A stretch of 64,000 nucleotides of DNA. Origin: an uncultured virus (IMG/VR IMGVR_UViG_3300042540_001084) (Duplodnaviria; Heunggongvirae; Uroviricota; Caudoviricetes). Below are positions 48,016 to 57,806 of this stretch, in pieces. A model generated the notes under the pieces. It saw only the letters and a program-made list of their open reading frames with translations. It made no database searches and was not told the origin of the DNA. The position numbers and the translations under genes are program-made. The stretch is from the IMG/VR virus record IMGVR_UViG_3300042540_001084; one strand, written 5' to 3'. Position 1 is the first letter of the stretch. Every line of letters begins with the position of its first letter.

Positions 48016-49233
48016 TTATTTAATTAAACTTTTGTACAATTCTGCTCGGTCTTTAGTGACATTTTTCAAATCATATTTGTCTTTAACAGACTCATACAAT
48101 CTCTCACCCAAGTCAGTAGCAAAATTACGGTTTTTGATTAATTTCTCCAAATATTTAGCCCAATCGTGAGCGTTTGAGTATTCACTAACTAGTAGCGCGT
48201 TACCATCTGTAAACTTACCGTGTTTGTCTAATGAGTGTGTCAAATCAAGTGTGTAGGGACCCAAATCAGACGCCACAACAGCTTTTTTATAGAATCCCGC
48301 CTCAATAACTTTAAGTTGAGACTTCATTCTGTTAAACATATGGTTTTTGATTGGGGCCAATGAAACGTCCATCTTAGAATAATTTTTAGCATATGATGTA
48401 ACAGGAAGTGTCCAAACACGACGGTAACCCTCCCCTAAAAACTCAGGTTTTTCACCTTGTTCAAACTTCATCAAATGATTTTTAAAATCTTCTGAAACAA
48501 CTTTATAGTTTTGTGTAAAGATTTCTTCGTATCTAGCCCACACAGTTTCGTGAGGAAGAATTTGTCTTTTCTTCTGTTCACCTGTTTGACCGTTAATTTC
48601 AGTAATCGTACCTCTTGTGTCAAACCCACAAAGAACATATTGAACTTTATCTTTGAATTGGAGTAATTTATTAAATGAGTTGTCTAACAACTTCAAATCA
48701 CCCATATGTGATGAACCACCTAACCAACCAATTCTGAGTCTATCAGATTCGGGTGTTACTTCTTTGAATTGTGGTTCTTCGGGATTAACTGCGTTTGGTA
48801 ATACAAACACATTTTTATTAATCTTTTTAATTTCATCTGCGAATAAAGTGGTGGTTGTTGTTACGTATTGTGCCCCTTTAAGACTTTCAACAATTCTTTC
48901 ATTGATTTTATTATACATAATAACATCGTGAATTGGGTGGTCTTTGCTTGGCATCCAATAGTCATCGATATCACAAATTGTGATAACACCCATTTTATTT
49001 AGTTCCTCAACTAACTTTTTAGATGCATCAAAGTCTCCTGTGATACTTCTATGGAAATGTACAATTTGGAATTTCTTATAGAAATTCAAATCATTCATAG
49101 GTGGATTGTAATCAATCTCAACAAAAAAATCCTCGGGATATTGATTTTGAAGAAAAATGTGGGGGTCTAACGACCTGAATTTGCCAACACCTGAACGGTC
49201 AGATGGGACACATAAAACATTAATTTTTGACAT
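48016..49233 (-). CDS. GT-B glycosyltransferase
   Basis: DIDDYW, VLPNA, IGWLGGSSH, KSQLKVIEAG...ASD.GPY. Confidence 0.8.
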   Translation of the reverse strand: MSKINVLCVPSDRSGVGKFRSLDPHIFLQNQYPEDFFVEIDYNPPMNDLNFYKKFQIVHFHRSITGDFDASKKLVEELNKMGVITICDIDDYWMPSKDHPIHDVIMYNKINERIVESLKGAQYVTTTTTLFADEIKKINKNVFVLPNAVNPEEPQFKEVTPESDRLRIGWLGGSSHMGDLKLLDNSFNKLLQFKDKVQYVLCGFDTRGTITEINGQTGEQKKRQILPHETVWARYEEIFTQNYKVVSEDFKNHLMKFEQGEKPEFLGEGYRRVWTLPVTSYAKNYSKMDVSLAPIKNHMFNRMKSQLKVIEAGFYKKAVVASDLGPYTLDLTHSLDKHGKFTDGNALLVSEYSNAHDWAKYLEKLIKNRNFATDLGERLYESVKDKYDLKNVTKDRAELYKSLIK

Positions 49234-49287
49234 AATATCGTATACTTTAAACTAAAATATACGAATTCAAATCATAATAAGAAAGGA

Positions 49288-49857
49288 CTATCTCATTTTT
49301 TTAATTTTGGTCAGCTTACCTTCAAAAAGGTGTTTACCAACTCTAAATGTAAAAACATCATTCGACTTTTCTGTAGATTCAGTAATTAAACCACTTTCAG
49401 ACAAAATTTCACGTACCGCTTCTTTTACCATTTTTTTAATATCTGAATTACTTGATACGGTTTGAGGTTGTGATTGTTCGTTAACTTGTGGTTTAGTGCC
49501 CATAAGTCTTGATGCCTTTTCAATTAAGTCATCAGATAATGTTGGACCCGACATTGTATTTGGATTGTCGATTGGGTGTTCAATCATTAATCTTTTAATC
49601 TCATCTGGTAACTTAGATTTCTTAATTGCATCTACCGATGGTTTACTAAAACCCATACCATTATTTTGTTTGGTAGGTATGTTCATTTGTGGTTGACCAA
49701 TACCTTCCATTAAATCACTTGGTAAATTGTATTTGGCTTGTGGAGCATCAAAATTTTCTAGTTGCATTCTTTGTTGTGGTTTAGCAACCTCTCCCGAGTC
49801 CATTTGTTTGGTTCTATCCATAATGGCCTTTGCCATCATTAACTTTTCTATGTCCAT
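49288..49857 (-). CDS. Hypothetical protein
   Basis: ORF containing VREILSESGLITES. Confidence 0.75.
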   Translation of the reverse strand: MDIEKLMMAKAIMDRTKQMDSGEVAKPQQRMQLENFDAPQAKYNLPSDLMEGIGQPQMNIPTKQNNGMGFSKPSVDAIKKSKLPDEIKRLMIEHPIDNPNTMSGPTLSDDLIEKASRLMGTKPQVNEQSQPQTVSSNSDIKKMVKEAVREILSESGLITESTEKSNDVFTFRVGKHLFEGKLTKIKKMR

Positions 49858-49859
49858 AA

Positions 49860-50240
49860 TTAAAATATTGCATTAATAATAATCGAAATCATACTTTTGT
49901 CACCATTTGGATTGTAATTTGGTCTTGCAGTTTCAAAATTTTCTCCTGTTGGTTTGAAAGATACGATTTTATCGACTTTAAATAGTCTCCATCCCGGCAT
50001 AGGTCTTGTACCTAAGTAACCTCTATGCGAAGCTCCTTCATCGTCCCAAGCCCTTAAAACTAAATTATTTCTTTTACTCCTACCTAAACATACGGGTTCG
50101 ATAACCCTCAAACCTTTACCACCTGGTTCGTCACCATCGTAGTAAATTACCACTTTTTGTTTATTGCGAATTGCATTTTGGATTGAGTCTAGTGACGCAA
50201 CCTCATTCAGCAATCCCTTAAAAGTGGACAATAATTTCAT
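49860..50240 (-). CDS. Stand-alone WYL-domain protein
   Basis: I.Y......G.R.IEP..LG......LRAW...GWRLFKVDKI. Confidence 0.75.
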   Translation of the reverse strand: MKLLSTFKGLLNEVASLDSIQNAIRNKQKVVIYYDGDEPGGKGLRVIEPVCLGRSKRNNLVLRAWDDEGASHRGYLGTRPMPGWRLFKVDKIVSFKPTGENFETARPNYNPNGDKSMISIIINAIF

Positions 50241-50539
50241 TAGAAATTAGGGTATGTTTTAAATTTATCGTATTTGTTAATTTTAATCTCGTTTTTTCTT
50301 TCAAAAATATCGGTGCTGGTACCCGCAGTATCATTGTACACATCTAAGAATACACCAGTACCACGACCCATTTCATCACCATCTGCAAGTGCTTGAGAAT
50401 TGGTCACACCATACTCATCAACACTTTGTGCAAAATCATTACGAGTTATTAATTTTTTTCTTTCAGCGTCTGCAATTGCTGTTAATTGATTTGATTCTGT
50501 TTGACTTAAATCAATGTTATATGGACTTGAGCTTGACAT
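50240..50539 (-). CDS. Hypothetical protein
   Basis: Coupled ORF. Confidence 0.7.
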   Translation of the reverse strand: MSSSSPYNIDLSQTESNQLTAIADAERKKLITRNDFAQSVDEYGVTNSQALADGDEMGRGTGVFLDVYNDTAGTSTDIFERKNEIKINKYDKFKTYPNF

Positions 50540-50542
50540 AAA

Positions 50543-51034
50543 TTATAATTTTGACATTATTTCGTTTATCCTTTTAAGGTTATCAACAACTTTAGATTCA
50601 AAAACAGATGTTGAGTGTTTTTTGGAAGTTGTTTTGTGTTGTTTAGATGGTCTCATATAGTCGGACATATTAGTTTTTAAATCACTATGTGTCACCTTTG
50701 AATCATCAGGTTTAGTATCTTCTTGATTTTTTTGATGTGAGTTGTTCCTCATTTGATTTAACGAGTTATCAACCCAAGATTTCATAACACCCTCACCATT
50801 TAAAATCCAAGATAAATCGGTGTCATTACCCTTAAAATTATCAAAAAAGTTTTTAATTCTTTTTAATTGTTTGTAAGTGATTTGTGTTTGGTTTTGAAGT
50901 TCTTTGTTTCTATTAAAACCTTCGGTATTTTCATCGGCACCTTTGGCTTTGGCAAAACAAATTCTAAGATGATTTTTTATTTCATCCGGCAAAATAACAA
51001 CACCTAAACTAGTATTATAAAGATTACTGTTCAC
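50543..51034 (-). CDS. Hypothetical protein
   Basis: Coupled ORF ending FES...LKRINEIM. Confidence 0.7.
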   Translation of the reverse strand: MNSNLYNTSLGVVILPDEIKNHLRICFAKAKGADENTEGFNRNKELQNQTQITYKQLKRIKNFFDNFKGNDTDLSWILNGEGVMKSWVDNSLNQMRNNSHQKNQEDTKPDDSKVTHSDLKTNMSDYMRPSKQHKTTSKKHSTSVFESKVVDNLKRINEIMSKL

Positions 51035-51815
51035 GAGATGAATTAATTATGTTGTTTTTTAATGTCTTACTAATTTTTTTTGTTAAAACATCCATTTTAT
51101 TTTTTTTGGACATATTTGTTTCTTTTGTCTTTTTAGTAAGGTCCTTATCATTTTTTTTCTTTGAGAGTAAAATTTCTTTTACAATTTTTTCCATTTCATC
51201 TTTTCTGAAACTATCAATTGCTTCTTTTTCTTGTAATCTAATTCTCATTTTACTACCACGAGCTTTTTTAGATTGCTTGATTTTTGGGTCTTTACCAAAT
51301 TCAATCGCTCTTTCAACAGGGTTATCAACACCCATATCCGCCAATTTTTTGATGGTTTGTTTTGGTGGTAAATCTTTAGTTTCTTCATACCCAAATGCTC
51401 CCGACATATCTTCTTCGGCTTGAACAGACCTACCCCATCCACCTCTTGATGTCCACCATAGGTTTCCTGAAGGTTGTGTTGCAGAAGCAACTGTTTGGTC
51501 CATAGTCTTTTTAGGAAACAATCTTGGGTCAAGGATAGGAACTCTTGATGAATTTAAGTTTCCGTCACCATCGACCAATTCTTCCAATTCACTCTTAACT
51601 TCTTTTTGAGTTTTTGACTTTTTATTTTTTGTTAACCTATCCAAATATTTTTGGACCTTGCTTAACATATCTTTTGGGAATTTAATATAATCATCTTGTT
51701 CTCTGGCTTCATTAATAGTCTTAGATACAGAGTACCACATATGTATCCCATCCTTCTTTTCTCTCAAAAGAAAGTAGTATCCTGATTCGAAATATTCCTC
51801 ATTAAGATTAATCAT
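51024..51815 (-). CDS. Hypothetical basic protein
   Basis: ORF; TATTTAT upstream on the minus strand. Confidence 0.7.
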   Translation of the reverse strand: MINLNEEYFESGYYFLLREKKDGIHMWYSVSKTINEAREQDDYIKFPKDMLSKVQKYLDRLTKNKKSKTQKEVKSELEELVDGDGNLNSSRVPILDPRLFPKKTMDQTVASATQPSGNLWWTSRGGWGRSVQAEEDMSGAFGYEETKDLPPKQTIKKLADMGVDNPVERAIEFGKDPKIKQSKKARGSKMRIRLQEKEAIDSFRKDEMEKIVKEILLSKKKNDKDLTKKTKETNMSKKNKMDVLTKKISKTLKNNIINSSREQ

Positions 51816-51866
51816 CAGTTTTTTTATCTATAAATACATCTAACCCGGGTATTTATCATATACACT

Positions 51867-53852
51867 ATGGCATATCAAAATATTAATCAATACAATTATC
51901 GTAGAATTGGATTACTACCGGTAAACCAAGTAACTGATTTTTGTTTAGCATCTGACGAAAAAGATTATAACCAAGAGGTTATCTTTTCACCATTTCTAAT
52001 CGCTGAAGATGATGGTAATAGAATGCCTTTGAAATTTGATTTCAATTCTACTGGAACAACAATTGCTCCTTTAAGAAACGAATTTTTATATGACACAATA
52101 GTTTCTGAAAATTATTACAACCCAAAAAACATTGACCCAAACTTTTGTGTTTGTGCGTCAACATTGTGTGACGTAGGACTTACAGGAATTGACAATGGTT
52201 TGACATTACAAATGTCAGGGGTTTCAATAGACATTACGACAGGACTGTACACAACAACCGCCGAAACATATAACAGATACAAGTACGATAGGAGATTTAA
52301 AATGCATCCAATTACTGGTAGTACAACTCCTTCAAACAGATTGTGGAATGACAACTCATATAACTATAATTTAAGTTGGTCTAATGCTGGCGGTCGTATC
52401 GGAACCGTGGCAACACTTAACGGAGGATTCTTCCAAGGGTTTTTTAAATTACAAGGATACGATTATGATACATTCCCTGTTAGAACTAATCAAGGTTGGA
52501 CCGCTGAGTTTTTATTAAAATACAGATGGACAGGTGATACAAGTGTCGGTATTAATAATAGATACCCAAATAACAAAGGTACCTTCTTCTATTTGGGGAC
52601 AAGAGCCGAAAATAAATTTTATCACTATCCTGACGGAAGTCCTGAAAGTGACACAGGATATACAAGAGTAACATCAGGTTTGACTTGTATGAAAACTTGT
52701 CTTTGTCACGAAACAGGTTACACAAATTCAAATCAGTGTATTCACGTTTATCAAATGTCAGGAGGAACATCCAAAAACTGTAGTTGTGGATGTGCTTGTC
52801 AGTGTGAGGTTAAAGCCGAATATCCTGAACTAGACCCGTTATATGACGGGGTTTCAAACGGTATGTCAGTTAGACTTAGCGGTGATACTGGTAACCCTAA
52901 AGTCTGTGTTAAAGAGTATCTAATAACGGGTTCTTGTGTTACAACGGGAACTTGTGAAACAGGAACAACATTTGTAACAGGAACCACGGTAATCGAGTGG
53001 TGTTCATCAAAAGGAATTTTTGATGGATGTACAGGAACAACATATCCAAATGTGGAACACTGGGTTCAAATTGATGTTGTGTTTAGAAGAAATGATTGGT
53101 TAGATTGTAAGGACCAATATTCTCTTGGTGGATTAGGACAATTGGTCACTGAGATTTATACCGCAACCACAGCAAACAATAGCGTCTCCCTAATTGAACC
53201 CCCAATTACACACAACCCTAAAGACGTTCCCGCAACAACGGATGTTGTTGAAATTAACGATTATTGGATTCAACAAAGAAAATACAGGTTAGGTAAACTT
53301 TATGTTTATGTTAACGGTAAACAATTTATGATTATCGATGATTTTGAAGAAATTGTTGCTCGACCATTAAACACATATAAAGAAAAACAAATTGGGGTTC
53401 CATACAACATTTCATTAGGTGGGGGAACTCAAGGATTAAAAGACAACTTAACTTTTTCGGGTGGATGTGCTCCGACATTGTCGGCAATTACATATCAACA
53501 AGACCCTGAGTGTTTGACTGATTATGATTTGGAACACACAATCTATTCAGGTTTAACAACTGAAATACATTTAGAAGAGATTTTTGGTGGTAGTTTCATT
53601 GGTGATATCAGTGCGTTTAGAATGTATACCGAACCTTTGGATGCGTCACAAATTAGACACAATTTTAGGTTACTAAAAAATAAGTATGATTTATTAGATA
53701 CTGATTGTATTGATTGTACTATTGTTATACCGGCAAATGACTTCTATTACATATCAATACCTGATAACGATTTAGGTTTCGTATTACTTCCGAATAATGA
53801 CCTGAATTATACATTATTACCAAATAACGATTTATCTTATGACATTTTATAA
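51867..53852 (+). CDS. Cys-rich probable virion protein with a LamG/concanavalin-like fold and C-terminal PxND repeats
   Basis: WT.EF..K, YVNGK, F.GDISAFRMY..PL.ASQI; four 10-aa repeats at the C-terminus. Confidence 0.6.
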   Translation: MAYQNINQYNYRRIGLLPVNQVTDFCLASDEKDYNQEVIFSPFLIAEDDGNRMPLKFDFNSTGTTIAPLRNEFLYDTIVSENYYNPKNIDPNFCVCASTLCDVGLTGIDNGLTLQMSGVSIDITTGLYTTTAETYNRYKYDRRFKMHPITGSTTPSNRLWNDNSYNYNLSWSNAGGRIGTVATLNGGFFQGFFKLQGYDYDTFPVRTNQGWTAEFLLKYRWTGDTSVGINNRYPNNKGTFFYLGTRAENKFYHYPDGSPESDTGYTRVTSGLTCMKTCLCHETGYTNSNQCIHVYQMSGGTSKNCSCGCACQCEVKAEYPELDPLYDGVSNGMSVRLSGDTGNPKVCVKEYLITGSCVTTGTCETGTTFVTGTTVIEWCSSKGIFDGCTGTTYPNVEHWVQIDVVFRRNDWLDCKDQYSLGGLGQLVTEIYTATTANNSVSLIEPPITHNPKDVPATTDVVEINDYWIQQRKYRLGKLYVYVNGKQFMIIDDFEEIVARPLNTYKEKQIGVPYNISLGGGTQGLKDNLTFSGGCAPTLSAITYQQDPECLTDYDLEHTIYSGLTTEIHLEEIFGGSFIGDISAFRMYTEPLDASQIRHNFRLLKNKYDLLDTDCIDCTIVIPANDFYYISIPDNDLGFVLLPNNDLNYTLLPNNDLSYDIL

Positions 53853-53883
53853 ATCTTATTTGGATTCAACTATTTATTAGAAT

Positions 53884-55791
53884 ATGGCAATTGGAATTAG
53901 AATTTTAAGTAATAATTTAAGTGGTCAAACCGCTGAAGTAACGTATCTACCTGCTTCGGGGGGTACAATAGATTTGGGTACGCAAGTAATACCATTTAAT
54001 TATATTTCATCATACTATTATGGTGTGTTTGAAATGTACATTCCAACATATGACTACACTTACACTTTAGAAGTTACGGTTCCACCAGTAAGCCCAACAC
54101 CTACGCCTACGGTAACTAGTACGAGTACGCCAACAATGACTGTTACACCAACAACAACACCTACTAATACAACAACTAATACGCCGACGCCAACAAATAC
54201 TGCAACTCAAACACCTACAAACACACAGACACCTACAAACACACAGACACCTACACCTACTCAAACACCAACGTCAACTTTAGGTTCAACCCCAACTCAA
54301 ACTCCAAGTAATACAAATACTCCGACACAAACTCCAACTAATACGGTAACAAATACGCCAACTAACACCGCAACAAATACGCCAACTAATACCGCAACAA
54401 ACACACCAACTAATACTGCGACAAATACGCCAACTAATACCGCAACAAACACACCAACTAATACTGCGACAAACACACCAACTAATACTGCGACAAACAC
54501 ACCAACATCTACACCAACTCAGACACCAACATCTACATTAGGTTCAACACCAACCCAAACACCAACTAATACAGAGACTCCAACACAAACTCCGACACAA
54601 ACACAAACTCCGACACAAACACAAACTCCGACACAAACACAAACACAAACTCCAACCCCAAGTGAACCACCAAGATATGCGTTCTCAGTTATCAAAGGTG
54701 GTACATATGATGAGGCTTGTGGTAATTATGGAACATCAACTACCATATATGGTATTGAAACTATATTCGACCAAAACAATTTCTTCTACAATTCTCCGTC
54801 AGGTCCAGTAACCGTTGATATGACAGGTTACTACCAACAATCTGCACAAGTTGTTGAGTTGGATTCATCAGGTAATGAAACAGGTGGGTATTCAATATGC
54901 GTAACACTTACACCTACACCTACCCAAACACCAACCCAAACTCAAACTCCAACTCAAACTCAGACTCCAACTAACACAGCAACAAATACACCTACCCAAA
55001 CTCAAACTCCGACTAATACCGCAACCAACACACCTACACCAACTCAAACTCCAACTCAGACTCAGACTCCAACAAACACAGCAACAAATACCCCAACTAA
55101 TACTGCAACAAATACACCAACTCAGACACCAACTAATACTGCAACTAACACTCCAACTAATACCGCAACAAATACACCTACTCAAACACCAACAAATACT
55201 CCAACAAATACCGCAACTCAAACACCAACAAACACTGCCACCAACACACCTACTCAGACACCAACTAATACTGCTAGTAATACGCCAACACCAACTCAAA
55301 CACCAACAAATACTGCAACAAATACACCAACCAATACCTCAACTCAAACTCCGACTCAAACTCCGACTAACACGGCAACACAAACACAGACACCAACTAA
55401 TACCGCAACACAGACACCAACAAACACGGCATCAAATACTCCAACACAAACCCCAACTAATACAACAACACAAACACAGACTCCAACACAAACACAGACT
55501 CCAACTAATACCGCAAGTCCAACACCAACAAATACAAATACACCGTCAGTAACACCTACTGACACACCTCAAGGGGCTAAAAAATATTTAGTACAAGATT
55601 GTTCTTCAGGATTTGTTGGTCAGTTTGGTATTTATGATACTTTACAGACGGGTAAAATCTATAAATTAGATGTAATTAATGATGGTGTTTCTTGTTACAC
55701 GATAATATCAACAACAACTGCAACAGTAACCACATTCGCAGACGTTATATCGGGTCCTTGGAATAATTGTATAACTTGTTTAAATAGTTAA
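53884..55791 (+). CDS. Thr/Pro-rich mucin-like modular protein
   Basis: Three small domains separated by long TPTNTATN/TPTQTQ linkers. Confidence 0.85.
   Translation: MAIGIRILSNNLSGQTAEVTYLPASGGTIDLGTQVIPFNYISSYYYGVFEMYIPTYDYTYTLEVTVPPVSPTPTPTVTSTSTPTMTVTPTTTPTNTTTNTPTPTNTATQTPTNTQTPTNTQTPTPTQTPTSTLGSTPTQTPSNTNTPTQTPTNTVTNTPTNTATNTPTNTATNTPTNTATNTPTNTATNTPTNTATNTPTNTATNTPTSTPTQTPTSTLGSTPTQTPTNTETPTQTPTQTQTPTQTQTPTQTQTQTPTPSEPPRYAFSVIKGGTYDEACGNYGTSTTIYGIETIFDQNNFFYNSPSGPVTVDMTGYYQQSAQVVELDSSGNETGGYSICVTLTPTPTQTPTQTQTPTQTQTPTNTATNTPTQTQTPTNTATNTPTPTQTPTQTQTPTNTATNTPTNTATNTPTQTPTNTATNTPTNTATNTPTQTPTNTPTNTATQTPTNTATNTPTQTPTNTASNTPTPTQTPTNTATNTPTNTSTQTPTQTPTNTATQTQTPTNTATQTPTNTASNTPTQTPTNTTTQTQTPTQTQTPTNTASPTPTNTNTPSVTPTDTPQGAKKYLVQDCSSGFVGQFGIYDTLQTGKIYKLDVINDGVSCYTIISTTTATVTTFADVISGPWNNCITCLNS
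54340..54660 (+). repeat. Coding tandem repeats (24-nt TPTNTATN units; 18-nt actccgacacaaacacaa x3)
   Basis: Visible direct repeats; plus strand strongly A/C-rich. Confidence 0.8.
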
Positions 55792-55800
55792 TAAAATATT

Positions 55801-56370
55801 ATGTCTTGTAAAAAATATACTTTAACAAACAACACCTCACAAGGTTTAACTTTTTCTTATCAAGAATGTTCCAACAATATGTGGGAATACGATATCTTAT
55901 TAACACCTGGTCAAGTTAGAAATATTTGGTTAGTTAACGGAACTTTTCAAGCGGCTTTAGAGGCACAATTCACAATCACTGAAGAAGTGTTTCCACCTAT
56001 TTCACCAACACCATCTCAGACTCCGACTAATACACCAACGCCATCAGTTACTCCAACGTTAACTCCTACTCCAACACAATCAGTAACACCAACACGTACA
56101 TCAACCCCGACTCCAACCCCAACACAAGTAGTGTTTGAATATTCTGATTTAGGGATTGATGATACTTTGTCGGTAAATGCTTGTAATAACTATCCACAGG
56201 GAAATGCACCAAGATATTCGACAAAACTATTTTCAAATTTGATTAATGGTGATATTGTTTATTTAAATTTTGCAATGACCTCAACAACTGAAGCATCATT
56301 CTATTCTGATGGGCATAATTATATCCAAACTAACGGGTCAGGAGTTATTATAGACACTGGCAGTTGTTAA
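55801..56370 (+). CDS. Short mucin-like modular protein
   Basis: N-domain nearly identical to that of 56410..57729, TP linker, Cys-bracketed C-domain. Confidence 0.85.
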   Translation: MSCKKYTLTNNTSQGLTFSYQECSNNMWEYDILLTPGQVRNIWLVNGTFQAALEAQFTITEEVFPPISPTPSQTPTNTPTPSVTPTLTPTPTQSVTPTRTSTPTPTPTQVVFEYSDLGIDDTLSVNACNNYPQGNAPRYSTKLFSNLINGDIVYLNFAMTSTTEASFYSDGHNYIQTNGSGVIIDTGSC

Positions 56371-56409
56371 TAACATATTGATGATATTTAATAATAAAGA
56401 ACTACTAAA

Positions 56410-57729
56410 ATGGCTTGTAAAAAATACATACTAACTAATAACACAGCTCAGGGATTAACTTTCTCTTATCAAGAGTGTTCCAACAATATGTGGGAATACG
56501 ATATCTTATTAACACCTGGTCAAGTACGAAATATTTGGTTGGTTAATGGTACGTTTCAAGCTGCTTTATCAGCACAATTTACTATTGTTGAGGAGACATT
56601 CCCTCCTATTTCACCAACACCATCTCAAACTGCGACTAATACTCCAACACCAACTAATACAAGAACCCCAACTCCAACACCGTCTATCACCGCAACTAAT
56701 ACTCAAACCCCAACTAATACTCAAACCAAAACGCCTACACCAACACCAACAAATACTGTAACTAATACACCAACAAATACTGTAACTAACACACCAAGTA
56801 ATACCCAAACACAAACACCAACTAATACCGCAACAAATACACCAACTCAGACACCGACTAATACTATAACAAATACATCAACTCAAACACAAACACCAAC
56901 AAATACTCAAACAGGTACACCAACGCAAACACCTACAAATACACAAACACCAACTAACACTCCGACTAGTACCCAAACTCAAACCCCGACTAATACTCCA
57001 ACCAACACATCATCTAACACACCAACACCAACTATTACTCAAACACCAACAAACACCGCAACTAATACTCAAACACCAACTCCAACACCATCAACAACTG
57101 AACCTGCTAGATTCCAATTTGCCGTGAATTTCGCAAATAATGCCCTTGATGCTTGTGGTAATTACGGTACGTCTATTGAGATATATGGTATAAATCAATT
57201 CTTTGACCAAAATATTTTCTTCTATGATTCTCCTTCAGGACCTGTAACAACTGATATGTCAGGTTTCTATCAGAATTCGGGTCAAGTTGTTGAGTTAGAT
57301 TCTGCAGGTTATGAATTAAATGGATTCTCAATATGTCCAACATTAACACCAACACCAACACAAACAGCAACTAACACACCAACACCAACTAATACTCAAA
57401 CACCAACTAATACCGCAACTAATACTCCAACTAATACTCAAACACCAACTAACACAGGAACAAGTACACCAACACCAACACCAACAAGAAATAATTATGT
57501 TTACTCGTTATCATCAGGCTCAACCGCTAACTTAGCTTGTGCGGCTAGTCCTATTACAGTTTATGGTTCGGTATCAGGTGGTGTAGGACCAAACTTAGGT
57601 GAGACATTATATCAAACAATTGACCCATTATCAAACCCTGTAGGAGTTGCATATTGGTCTAACGGTACCGCTTGGTACAGAACAGATTCTTCAGGAGTTA
57701 TTGTTCAGACAGACCCTAACGGATGTTAA
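56410..57729 (+). CDS. Thr/Pro-rich mucin-like modular protein
   Basis: Shared N-domain, two TP linkers, two Cys-bracketed domains. Confidence 0.85.
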   Translation: MACKKYILTNNTAQGLTFSYQECSNNMWEYDILLTPGQVRNIWLVNGTFQAALSAQFTIVEETFPPISPTPSQTATNTPTPTNTRTPTPTPSITATNTQTPTNTQTKTPTPTPTNTVTNTPTNTVTNTPSNTQTQTPTNTATNTPTQTPTNTITNTSTQTQTPTNTQTGTPTQTPTNTQTPTNTPTSTQTQTPTNTPTNTSSNTPTPTITQTPTNTATNTQTPTPTPSTTEPARFQFAVNFANNALDACGNYGTSIEIYGINQFFDQNIFFYDSPSGPVTTDMSGFYQNSGQVVELDSAGYELNGFSICPTLTPTPTQTATNTPTPTNTQTPTNTATNTPTNTQTPTNTGTSTPTPTPTRNNYVYSLSSGSTANLACAASPITVYGSVSGGVGPNLGETLYQTIDPLSNPVGVAYWSNGTAWYRTDSSGVIVQTDPNGC

Positions 57730-57757
57730 TTCAAATTATTTAAAACAACTTTCATAT

Positions 57758-57790
57758 AAACCCTCCACTTTATTGGAGGGTTTTTTATTT
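57758..57790 (+). terminator. Intrinsic terminator
   Basis: aaaccctcca-ctttat-tggagggttt followed by a T-run. Confidence 0.8.
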
Positions 57791-57806
57791 TTTAAAAAAA
57801 AGTGTA

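Noticed and set aside
31436..49233. Host capsule or O-antigen locus (bacterial contamination or prophage boundary)
   Set aside because: No flippase, polymerase, export or priming transferase genes; it is continuous with phage genes and appears to share the GATC avoidance
54100..55560. CRISPR array
   Set aside because: Repeats are contiguous, in-frame and degenerate at third positions, with no unique spacers and no cas genes
55801..56620. Diversity-generating retroelement TR/VR pair
   Set aside because: The near-identical segments are both N-terminal coding regions, differences are mostly synonymous and not adenine-specific, and there is no reverse transcriptase in the window
8302..57370. 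Minus-strand Val/Gly-rich and Cys/Trp-rich ORFs (8302, 9334, 54067, 54297, 54892, 55356, 56611)
   Set aside because: These are shadow frames of the Thr/Pro repeats
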